DNA of 64,000 nt, from NCBI GenBank assembly GCA_050692055.1, contig JBOGTC010000013.1, positions 2,202-66,201 on the forward strand, given 5' to 3'. The position numbers and the translations under genes were made by a program. How positions within the stretch are numbered: position 1 is the first letter of the stretch; every line of letters starts with the position of its first letter. Origin of the DNA: Candidatus Limnocylindria bacterium. Lineage in GTDB: Bacteria; Chloroflexota; Limnocylindria; QHBO01. This document shows, piece by piece, positions 17,860 to 26,315 of the stretch. Below the pieces are notes generated by a model. That model had not been told where the DNA came from and did no database searches. It was given only the letters and a program-made list of their open reading frames with translations.

Positions 17860-18471
17860 ATGCGCGACGAACGGTGGCTCTATCTGGGACTCAAGCGCGT
17901 GATTGACCTGCTCGTCGCGGTCACGCTGCTGCCAGTGATCATCCTGGTCCTGGCAGCCTGCGCGCTCGCGGTACGCCTGGACTCCCCCGGACCGATCCTC
18001 TTCACGCAGCTGCGCACCGGCCGCCACGGCAGCCGCTTCCGCATGTACAAGTTCCGCACCATGGTTCAGAACGCGGAAGAGCTCAAGGCGAGCCTTGCCC
18101 ACCTCAGCATCGTGCCGCCGCCTGACTTCAAGGTCATCGACGACCCACGCATCACGCCGGTCGGCCGCTTCCTGCGCAAGACCAGCCTCGATGAGCTGCC
18201 GCAGATCATCAATGTGCTGCGTGCCGAGATGAGCCTGGTCGGTCCTCGACCGACATCGTTCGAGCCATCCACCTACGAGCTGTGGCATACCCAGCGCCTC
18301 GAAGTGCCGCCGGGCATCACGGGCCTGTGGCAGGTGAAGGGCCGGAACGAGTCGACCTTCGACGAGCGGTTGCGCCTCGACATCGAGTATCTCAACCGGA
18401 TGTCGGTGGGGCTCGACATGCGCATCCTCTTCCTCACCGTGGCCTCGGTCGTTCGCCGCTCCGGGGCCTGA
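17860..18471 (+). CDS. Priming phosphoglycosyl transferase (small bacterial sugar transferase, WbaP/PglC type)
   Basis: Has [10 protein letters not shown]...[27 protein letters not shown]...[38 protein letters not shown]...PGITGLWQV. Confidence 0.9.
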   Translation: MRDERWLYLGLKRVIDLLVAVTLLPVIILVLAACALAVRLDSPGPILFTQLRTGRHGSRFRMYKFRTMVQNAEELKASLAHLSIVPPPDFKVIDDPRITPVGRFLRKTSLDELPQIINVLRAEMSLVGPRPTSFEPSTYELWHTQRLEVPPGITGLWQVKGRNESTFDERLRLDIEYLNRMSVGLDMRILFLTVASVVRRSGA

Positions 18472-19128
18472 CTACCGATCCGCTTCGCCGGCAGCGACCT
18501 TCGTTCTTCTCGGCACAAGCCGACTCCCGGCAAGCGCGGTGGTGAACAGGCTGGCGAGGGCGCCCAGCCGAATCACCACGATCGGCGGCAGCTCGATCGC
18601 ATGCTCCTCGTTCCATGGCATCGCTGATCCGGCCAAGACGTCAAGGAGGAGATGGACCGCTAGGAACCCGATGCCGTCGATGAGCGCGGCGGCCGCGATC
18701 CAGGGTGCCGCCTGACGAACGGCAACGAGCAGGAGCGCGAGCTGAGGCACGGCGATCACCGCGAGCATCGCGGAACCTATAGGCCACTGATCCAGCGCGA
18801 TTCCGGCCAGGACGAGATGGAAGAACGCGCTCGCCACCAGCGAAGCGACCAGAGCCTGTGACGGCCAGCGAACGGTGCCTACCGAGGCGGCAACGACCAG
18901 GCCCGCGGACGAGATCCAGCCAATTGCCACGACCCCGACGGTCTCGACCGGTATCGGAATGAGGTCGACCGAGCGGACCAGGACGATGAACGCCGCCACG
19001 AGGCCGATCGCCAGCCCCGCCAGCAGCTGCACGCGCAGTCGCGGCTCGCCATCGCTACGGAGGGCCACCAGGATGAGCGCGGTGGCGACGCCCGCGACGA
19101 GCAGCCACAGCACGATGACCTGGATCAC
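18472..19128 (-). CDS. Hypothetical polytopic membrane protein
   Basis: About 6 hydrophobic segments. Lies 41 nt downstream of the epimerase gene on the same strand. Its stop codon directly abuts the stop of the convergent PGT gene. Confidence 0.5.
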   Translation of the reverse strand: MIQVIVLWLLVAGVATALILVALRSDGEPRLRVQLLAGLAIGLVAAFIVLVRSVDLIPIPVETVGVVAIGWISSAGLVVAASVGTVRWPSQALVASLVASAFFHLVLAGIALDQWPIGSAMLAVIAVPQLALLLVAVRQAAPWIAAAALIDGIGFLAVHLLLDVLAGSAMPWNEEHAIELPPIVVIRLGALASLFTTALAGSRLVPRRTKVAAGEADR

Positions 19129-19169
19129 CTAGCCGCTCTCAGCTCCTGGCTCGGCCGGCTCGGGGGCGG

Positions 19170-20117
19170 TCAGCGACCATCGCGGCCGGACCGCGGCTGA
19201 GCCTGCCACTCCACCTGGCTGCGGAGACCTTCGCCCGGCAGCACCAGCGGCCGATAGCCGAAGGCGGACTCCGCCTTGCTCGTATCGGCCCATGTCCGGC
19301 GCTGATCGCCGGGGCGCGGTGGCGCATGCGAGACGACCGGCTCCTCGCCGCACGCCGCGGCGATGAGCTCGAGCGCGTCGCAGAGGGTGATCTCCTGGCC
19401 GCCGCCGATGTTGTAGATCCCCCCCACCTCGGCGCCTTCGAGCGCGTCGATCGTGCCGCGGACGCAGTCCGACACGTAGGTGTTGGACCGTGACTGCCGT
19501 CCATCCCCAAAGATCACGATGGGCTGCTGATCGAGCAGCGCCTCGATGAAGATGTGGAACGCCATGTCCGGGCGCTGCCGCGGGCCGTAGATCGAGAAGT
19601 AGCGCAGGACTGCCGCGGGGAATCCAAAGGCCTGGACGTGCGCCAGGACCAGGTGCTCGGCCGCCAGCTTGCTGATGCCATACGGCGACACGGGGACGAG
19701 CGGCTGTGCTTCATCGCCCACGGCGTTCTCGCCGTATACCGACGAGGTGGACGCCTGGATGAAGCGGCGGACGCCCGCGCGGCGCGCGGCGTCGATCAGG
19801 CGCTGCAGGCCGAGGACGTTGCAGCCAACATACCCGTCCAGATCCGTCCAGCTGCGCATCAGCCCGGCCATGGCCGCCTCGTTGATGACGGCCTCGACGC
19901 CGTCGAGGGCCTCGTCCAGCGGATCGGAGCGCAGATCGACCTCCGCGAACTCGAAGCGTGGATCTCCGCGCAGCTCGGCCAGGTTCTGCTCCTTGATCGA
20001 CCGCGGATAGTAGTCGACGAAGGAATCGATACCGCGGACGTCGTGTCCCTCGGCCAGCAGACCCTGGCACAGGTGCGAGCCCACGAAGCCCGCCGCGCCG
20101 GTGACCAGGATTCGCAT
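19170..20117 (-). CDS. NAD-dependent nucleotide-sugar epimerase/dehydratase (UDP-glucuronate / UDP-hexose 4-epimerase-like SDR)
   Basis: Has MRILVTGAAGFVGSHL, STSSVYG, and YGISKLAAE (YxxxK). Its start overlaps the stop of P3 by 1 nt. Confidence 0.85.
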   Translation of the reverse strand: MRILVTGAAGFVGSHLCQGLLAEGHDVRGIDSFVDYYPRSIKEQNLAELRGDPRFEFAEVDLRSDPLDEALDGVEAVINEAAMAGLMRSWTDLDGYVGCNVLGLQRLIDAARRAGVRRFIQASTSSVYGENAVGDEAQPLVPVSPYGISKLAAEHLVLAHVQAFGFPAAVLRYFSIYGPRQRPDMAFHIFIEALLDQQPIVIFGDGRQSRSNTYVSDCVRGTIDALEGAEVGGIYNIGGGQEITLCDALELIAAACGEEPVVSHAPPRPGDQRRTWADTSKAESAFGYRPLVLPGEGLRSQVEWQAQPRSGRDGR

Positions 20118-22129
20118 CAGCCGGACTGCCGCTGAATGCGGACATTGTCGAACAGCATCTGCACGCTGGCCCCCTCAGGCGTGCGGAGGCAGACGCGATC
20201 CACCTCGTGCGGCCCAGGATCGCGCCACTGCGCGCCGGCGACGCTGAAGATCAGGTCGCCGGTGTCCAGCCGGACGACGTCCCAGGCGTAGGTGCCGGTC
20301 GCAAAGTCGACGGTGGCCGTTGAGCGATACCAGACTCCGGCCTGGTACAGCGTCCCGCTGTTCACCTCGCGCGAGCCATCCATGTACATGAGCGTCCCGC
20401 GGTCGCTGAGCTCGACGTTCGCGGTCTCCGCCCTCACGTCGCGGACCGAGGTGATCGTGGCCTCATCGGTCCCAAGGCCGGTCATGAGCACGTCGACCTG
20501 CACGACCAACGTGCCGGCCGAGACCGGCGGAATCCTCCGGCAGGCCTCGACGCGCTGGCCGGCCGCGCCGGAGATCGCGTAGCCGACCATGCCCGATCCG
20601 TCGGCGGCGACCGTCACGCCGGCCGTGCCCTGCGCCTCCAGGGCGTTGTGCGACCACCCGTCCGGAAGGCCCGCGGCGACGGACCACGGATCGAACGTCT
20701 CGTGGACCAGGTCGGTCGACACTCCATCAGCCGCGTCGAACTTCGCCCCGTCGCCGCGCGACGTGCCCGGTGGTACGCCGTCGAGCGACAGAGCCGCGTG
20801 GAGGTACCGCCCGGTGCTGCCATCCGCGGCCAGCACGACGAGCCCGGTGTCGCTGTTGACGTTCTGCTTGGTCGCCGTGGCGTTGTTGATGAGCGGGTCG
20901 ATGGCACTGTCGATGAGGGGCGTTCCATGGCCCGCGGGGAAGCTGATCCGATCCAGCGAGGTCACCTTGTAGTTGATGGTGCCGCCGCCGCCGGGCTGGG
21001 TGGCGAAGATGTAGAGATCGCGGTGCTCCTCGTCGATGACCACCACGGGCCGCGTGTGCTGATCACCGACGCGTCCGTACAGATACTTGCGCCATGTCCC
21101 ATCCGGCTCCAGCACCAGGAGCATGATCTGCGGGTCATCGTGCCTCTTCACCTCGAGCGCTTCCAGCGAGGTCTTGACGGCCACGAACAGGCGACCGCTC
21201 TCGTCACCCTCGAGGGCCCTGACGCTCAGGTGGTCGTCCGCGTTCTTGAGGCCCTGGACGACGGTGCTGGTCGCGTTCCAGGCGTCGTCGGGGGCATCGT
21301 CGGGATGGGTCGCGAAGTAGACGGCATCCTCGTTCTGGTTGGTCCACACGACCCCGACCCGGCTGGCGTAGCTGATGATGGCGGACTCGTCCGCGGCGAC
21401 CATGGTGCCGTCGACCGGGGGAATGAACGGCTCCCCCCAGTGATAGTGGTCGTGCAGCGACCGATTGACGAAGACCCGGTTCTGGGCGATGTAGCTGACC
21501 CACAGCTGCTCGGTCGTGTCCTTCGCGATCGTCACCGCCACGACGCCCCCATCGCTGATGGTCACCGGAAAATCGGGATCGAGGCTGTAGCGGCCGCTCT
21601 CGGGGTCGTAGCTGAAGCGAAGGATGCGCGCGGCATGCGATGTCCGCTCTTCCTTGGGGCCTGCACTGGCCACGTAGAGGTGAGAGCCGTCCCAGAGGGC
21701 GTCGGCGTGCACCTCGGGCCGTTCGTCGATGACGACGCCGGTGTCGTGCCACTCCTGCGTCGCCCAGTCGAGACGGTGGATCCGGTACTCGCGGCCGGTG
21801 ACGTCGAGCATCGCGGCCCACCAGGCCCCATCGTTGAACCACAGCTTGCTCTGCGGCTTGTCCATGGTCGGCTCATCGACTTCGGTGGTGTCGTACCGCG
21901 GCCCGCGGTACGTCGTCGGCGTGGCTGCCGCGGGTCCCACCTCGTCCAGCGAGCGCTGACTCGCTTCCGCCTGGCCGGGAGGGCTGATCGCCGGTGACGG
22001 AGCGTCAGCGCCCGCGATGCGGCCATCGCCCAGCGTGCGGACGACCATGAAGGAGGCGACCGCGATGGCGAGGACGATGGCTACTCGGGTGAAGACTTTC
22101 AAGGCACTTACGGCAGGATGTCGGGACAC
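20117..22129 (-). CDS. Secreted/anchored protein P3: BNR/sialidase-like N-terminal domain plus a C-terminal LamG-like jelly roll
   Basis: N-terminal TM/signal VAIVLAIAVASFMVV. Family motif TMDKPQSKLWFNDGAWWA...EYRIHRL...LYVAS...DESAIISYASRVGVVWTNQNED. The C-terminal ~190 aa ends MLFDNVRIQRQSG. Confidence 0.8.
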   Translation of the reverse strand: MSRHPAVSALKVFTRVAIVLAIAVASFMVVRTLGDGRIAGADAPSPAISPPGQAEASQRSLDEVGPAAATPTTYRGPRYDTTEVDEPTMDKPQSKLWFNDGAWWAAMLDVTGREYRIHRLDWATQEWHDTGVVIDERPEVHADALWDGSHLYVASAGPKEERTSHAARILRFSYDPESGRYSLDPDFPVTISDGGVVAVTIAKDTTEQLWVSYIAQNRVFVNRSLHDHYHWGEPFIPPVDGTMVAADESAIISYASRVGVVWTNQNEDAVYFATHPDDAPDDAWNATSTVVQGLKNADDHLSVRALEGDESGRLFVAVKTSLEALEVKRHDDPQIMLLVLEPDGTWRKYLYGRVGDQHTRPVVVIDEEHRDLYIFATQPGGGGTINYKVTSLDRISFPAGHGTPLIDSAIDPLINNATATKQNVNSDTGLVVLAADGSTGRYLHAALSLDGVPPGTSRGDGAKFDAADGVSTDLVHETFDPWSVAAGLPDGWSHNALEAQGTAGVTVAADGSGMVGYAISGAAGQRVEACRRIPPVSAGTLVVQVDVLMTGLGTDEATITSVRDVRAETANVELSDRGTLMYMDGSREVNSGTLYQAGVWYRSTATVDFATGTYAWDVVRLDTGDLIFSVAGAQWRDPGPHEVDRVCLRTPEGASVQMLFDNVRIQRQSG

Positions 22130-22207
22130 AGGAACCCCCCACCGTGGAGCCTCTTGATCCCTCCAGCCCGCAGTATAGGTGCAGAACGCATCTTGGGTGC
22201 AGGCGGA

Positions 22208-23185
22208 CTATCGAGTTGCCTCACCCCAGATTGAAAGGTCCAGCCCCGTGAGCTGTGCGAGCCTTCGGTTGTCCGGGGCAAACTCGCTGTCCAGGCGGGC
22301 CAGGACGGCGCGTTCCTCGTCGGACCGGTCGCCGGAGCCGACTCGGAAGTTGAGAGCCGCGTACGGCGCTTTGAGCGCCCTGTGCGCGCGCTTCTTGAAC
22401 CGGCCAGCGGGGATCATGCGACCAAGGGACAGCCTGAGCCGGTGGAGGCGCGAAGAACGCGTGCGAACCGTGGGCTTCTTCCGCAGGAATGGATACGAAT
22501 CGTAGTAGCTGGGCTCGAGACCGAGATGCGTGGCAAGGTCACGCATGAACCGTCGCTCGTCCCTGATCATGTGCTCGAAGAGGAGCAGCTGGATCCGGCC
22601 AGGTGGGAAATGCTCCAGCCAACGCTCGAGGTAGTCCACGTAGCGGCTCTGCGTGATCGCCCATCTCGTCAGATCAGTGAGCCGGCCCTGGTCCTCGCGA
22701 GCCGCAAGCTCAACGAACTGCGCGAACGTGATCGAGCGGTCGAGCGTTGCCAGGTTGTTGCGAGCGTACTCGTAGAACGAGTAGACCCGTTCGGACGGCT
22801 TGCGCAGCAGGAAGATCACCCGCGGCTTGGACTCGAGCTGCGCGAGCATCTCGCGCGCGGTCTCCTGGTAGATGTAGCCCGGAGTGCCCTCGAGAATCAC
22901 CCTGCTGGAACTGACATCGCAGTGCTCGAAGTAGGACGCATAGGCGCCGAGGCCATGATCCGCATAGTTGCTCCGCGCGTTGAAGGTCGGCCACTCCCGA
23001 TCCATGAAGAAGTACGTCTCCTTGACGCTCGACGCGCAGACGTCAGGGTGGTCGGCGAGCCAGGCGAACACGGACGTCGTCCCGCACTTTGGCGCTCCGG
23101 CGATCACGACGTTCGGCAGCAGTAGCCGAGCTGCCTTCCGGGCGATCAGTGCATCAGCGCGGATCACAGGCATGCGCGCATCCAC
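22208..23185 (-). CDS. Sulfotransferase (PAPS-dependent family) 1
   Basis: 5'-PSB motif VVIAGAPKCGTTSVFAWL. LLRKPSERVYSFYEY is a 3'-PB-like region. Alternative start at 23173. Confidence 0.8.
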   Translation of the reverse strand: MDARMPVIRADALIARKAARLLLPNVVIAGAPKCGTTSVFAWLADHPDVCASSVKETYFFMDREWPTFNARSNYADHGLGAYASYFEHCDVSSSRVILEGTPGYIYQETAREMLAQLESKPRVIFLLRKPSERVYSFYEYARNNLATLDRSITFAQFVELAAREDQGRLTDLTRWAITQSRYVDYLERWLEHFPPGRIQLLLFEHMIRDERRFMRDLATHLGLEPSYYDSYPFLRKKPTVRTRSSRLHRLRLSLGRMIPAGRFKKRAHRALKAPYAALNFRVGSGDRSDEERAVLARLDSEFAPDNRRLAQLTGLDLSIWGEATR

Positions 23186-23297
23186 ACGACGATCTCCATC
23201 CGCCCGATGAGCGAGAAATGCTTCAAGGGATCCTCGGAGTCAATAACATGACTCGGCCACCAATCTCACGCTGGTCATTGTGGGAGTCCCACAGGGT

Positions 23298-24149
23298 ATG
23301 CGCAGGACACTTCTTCGCTCGATTCGCCGTGCGGCGAAGGAGGCGATCGACACGGCAGGTGCCCTTACGAGTCGGGCGCGGACGGATCCTGACTTCATCA
23401 TCATTGGCGCTCAGAAGGCCGGCACGACGTCGCTCTACCGCTACCTGTGCAGCCATCCTCGAATCAAGTCCGCGCGGCGAAAGGAGATCCACTACTTCGA
23501 CTGGAACTATGGTAGAGGCAGGGCCTGGTACCGAGGTCATTTTCCATGGTCCTGGGGGTCGACGGTCGGCAGGGGTCGCGAGTGGCTGACGGGCGAAGCG
23601 TCTCCATACTATCTCCATCACCCCCTGGTCCCTGGACGCGTGGCGCACGATCTCCCAGGGGCCAAGCTCATCGTCCTTCTCCGCAATCCCGTGGATCGGG
23701 CCTTTTCGCATTACCAGCACGAGAGGGTTCGCGGACACGAGCCGCTTTCCTTCGAGGACGCGATCGCGGCGGAAGCCGATCGCCTGGCGACGGAGTTCGG
23801 AAGGTTGAGCACCGATCCTTCCTACCGGAGCCGCAACGACGAGAGGCACTCGTATCTCGCTCGAGGCGTGTACGCCGATCAGCTCACTCGATGGTGGTCC
23901 GAGATCCACCGAGATCGCTTCATCATCCTTCGGACCGAGGACCTGGCAGGCGACCCCCGCGCCACGCTGAACAGAGTCCTGGGATTCCTGGGCCTGGAGG
24001 CAGTCGACCGCGCGCGCTTTCCGCGCTTCCTTGAGGGAAGATACGGGGCAGCGATGGAGCCGCGCACGAGAGCAAGGCTGGTCGAATACTTCCATCCGCA
24101 CAACGAGCGCCTCGAAACTCTCCTGGGTACGCGTCAAGACTGGGATTGA
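23298..24149 (+). CDS. Sulfotransferase (PAPS-dependent family) 2
   Basis: Has FIIIGAQKAGTTSLYRYL and LLRNPVDRAFSHYQH. ATG at 23298 chosen (the ORF opens at 23280). Confidence 0.8.
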   Translation: MRRTLLRSIRRAAKEAIDTAGALTSRARTDPDFIIIGAQKAGTTSLYRYLCSHPRIKSARRKEIHYFDWNYGRGRAWYRGHFPWSWGSTVGRGREWLTGEASPYYLHHPLVPGRVAHDLPGAKLIVLLRNPVDRAFSHYQHERVRGHEPLSFEDAIAAEADRLATEFGRLSTDPSYRSRNDERHSYLARGVYADQLTRWWSEIHRDRFIILRTEDLAGDPRATLNRVLGFLGLEAVDRARFPRFLEGRYGAAMEPRTRARLVEYFHPHNERLETLLGTRQDWD

Positions 24150-24166
24150 CTCTCGGTGCTGGAATC

Positions 24167-25282
24167 TCAATGGTGCGACGCGAGCAAGTCCGCATAGACC
24201 CGTTCGGTCGCCTCGATGAAGGCTGCCATCGAATAACGCTCCGCGACCAGTCGGCGGCCGCGCTCACCCATGGCGGCTGTGACGCGCGGCTGCCCCAAGA
24301 GGTGCTTGATTGCATCCGCCAGGCGCTCGCTGTCGGCGGGCGGGACGAGCAGGCCGTGCTCGCCCGTCGTCACGATCTCCGGAATCCCGCCAACGCTGCT
24401 GGCCACCACCGGGCGACCATGCACGAGTGACTCGAGCAGGACGATGCCGAACTCCTCCTGCAATGACGGCAAGACGGTGAATTGGCAGAGCGCGATGAGA
24501 TCGGAGACGTCATTCCTCGCTCCCAGGAACTTGACGTGCCCTGACAGTCCGAGCTGCCGGGTTCGCTCCTCAAGCTCGGCCCGATCCTCGCCATCCCCGA
24601 TGAGCAGGAGGCAGACGTCAGGGTGGGTGCTCGTGACCGAAGCCAGGGCCTCGAGGAGATACCGCTGGCCCTTTCTCTTCCGCAGGCGGGCGACACACCC
24701 GATGAGCGGCGTCTCGGAGCCGATCCCGAGCTCGTCGAGCAACGCCCTGCGCTGTACCGCGGTGAGCTCAACAGGCATCTCCATCCCCATGGGGATCACT
24801 CGTATCCGCCCCGGATCGACGCCGTACCTCTCAATGGCATGTCGCTCGACGGCCTGGCTGAGCACGATGAGGCGCTCGCCCATGCCTGCCGCAGTGAGTC
24901 GACGCTGATCGTTGCGGATCTCATGGATCGTGGATACCAGGCGCGTCCCGGTCAGCCGCGCCACCAGCCTGCCGATGAGTGCCGCGTAGCGGTGGTGCGA
25001 GTTGATGAGCTGGATGCGCTCCCGACGCACCAGCCGGGCCAGCCGAATGGATGTCGGCACCAGATCCACGACGTTCGGAGTGGAGCGCGACGGCCCGAGG
25101 TAGGGTGAGAGGCGGAAGTCGGTACGCTGCTCCGCGACATCGTGGATCCTTGCATCCCACGCACCGCCGCCGCTGACCACCATCACGCGATGACCGCGCT
25201 CCACCAGCCCCTGGCTCAGGCGGACGATGTACTCAGTCGCTCCACCCACCGGCAGGGATGGGCGAATCTGCAGGATGTTCAT
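24167..25282 (-). CDS. Glycosyltransferase family 4 (GT-B)
   Basis: Has MNILQIRPSLPVGGATEY... and the C-terminal EEFGIVLLESLVHGRPVVASSVGGIPEIV (E-x7-E region). Confidence 0.85.
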   Translation of the reverse strand: MNILQIRPSLPVGGATEYIVRLSQGLVERGHRVMVVSGGGAWDARIHDVAEQRTDFRLSPYLGPSRSTPNVVDLVPTSIRLARLVRRERIQLINSHHRYAALIGRLVARLTGTRLVSTIHEIRNDQRRLTAAGMGERLIVLSQAVERHAIERYGVDPGRIRVIPMGMEMPVELTAVQRRALLDELGIGSETPLIGCVARLRKRKGQRYLLEALASVTSTHPDVCLLLIGDGEDRAELEERTRQLGLSGHVKFLGARNDVSDLIALCQFTVLPSLQEEFGIVLLESLVHGRPVVASSVGGIPEIVTTGEHGLLVPPADSERLADAIKHLLGQPRVTAAMGERGRRLVAERYSMAAFIEATERVYADLLASHH

Positions 25283-25360
25283 TGCGTCCTTCGCAGGATC
25301 GTCCCGGCGGCGCTGGCAGGTACGGTCGCCGTCACTGGCGACCGCGGACAGCTTGCCGGG

Positions 25361-26299
25361 TTATGCCCAGGCGGACAGGTCCAGACCCGTCTGCTCCGCG
25401 AGCCGCCGATTGAGCGGTGCGAACTCCGCGTCCAGCTCCTTCAGCACCCGGACATCATCGTCTGACCTGGCTTGCTGCCCGCGTCGTACGTTCATCGCAG
25501 TGTATGGCCGGGTCAGTGCCTTGCGAAGGGCACGCTTCAGTGAGCTCCTCGGCAAGAGCCGCCCCATCCTCAGTCTGGTTCGCTGCAGCATCTGGAGGCG
25601 GACGTTGTAGGTCTGCTTCTTTCGGGGGAAGTGGTAATCCGCGTAGTACCCCTGGTCGATGCCAAGCGCCGCAGCCACGCTGCGCATGAAAGCCGACTGA
25701 TCTGCCTGCAGAGCCTCGAAGAGGAAGAGATGCAGGTTCTGCGGCGGAAACCTGGACAGCCAGTCGCCCAGGTAGTCACTGTACCGACTGAACTGGATCC
25801 CGTACTCGGACCACGCCTCGCGTTCCACTCGCTCCACCCCGCCTGGAACCGACTGAAATGAACCTGCGCCGGTCCGAAGCATCGACACGAAGTCTCGGAA
25901 TGTCGTGGCCGGGCTGATGATCGCCATGTTGTTGCGGGCGTACTGGTAGAAGGAATACGTGCGTTCCGAGGGCTTGCGAAGCACGAAGACGACCTGGGGT
26001 GCCGGGTCCAGGCTGGAGAGGACCTCCAGGGCGGTTCTACGGTACAGGTACTCGGGCGTGGCTTCGAGGATGACCTGGGCCCGGGCAGGATCGCAATGCG
26101 CGAAGAATGATTCGTAGCCGGCGAGTCCGTGATCCGCGTAGTTACACGCAGGATTGAATAGCGGTGTTCCGCGATCGACCAGGTAGTGGGTCTCCTTCAC
26201 GCTGGCGCCGCATACCTGCGGATGGTCGTTCAGCCACGCAAACAGCGAGGTCGTGCCCGACTTCGGTGCTCCAGCGATCACGACGTTTGGCAGAGTCAT
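25361..26299 (-). CDS. Sulfotransferase (PAPS-dependent family) 3, close paralog of 22208-23185
   Basis: Has MTLPNVVIAGAPKSGTTSLFAWLNDHPQVCGASVKETHY and VLRKPSERTYSFYQYARNN. Confidence 0.85.
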   Translation of the reverse strand: MTLPNVVIAGAPKSGTTSLFAWLNDHPQVCGASVKETHYLVDRGTPLFNPACNYADHGLAGYESFFAHCDPARAQVILEATPEYLYRRTALEVLSSLDPAPQVVFVLRKPSERTYSFYQYARNNMAIISPATTFRDFVSMLRTGAGSFQSVPGGVERVEREAWSEYGIQFSRYSDYLGDWLSRFPPQNLHLFLFEALQADQSAFMRSVAAALGIDQGYYADYHFPRKKQTYNVRLQMLQRTRLRMGRLLPRSSLKRALRKALTRPYTAMNVRRGQQARSDDDVRVLKELDAEFAPLNRRLAEQTGLDLSAWA

Positions 26300-26315
26300 A
26301 CGGACTGGCTGATTC

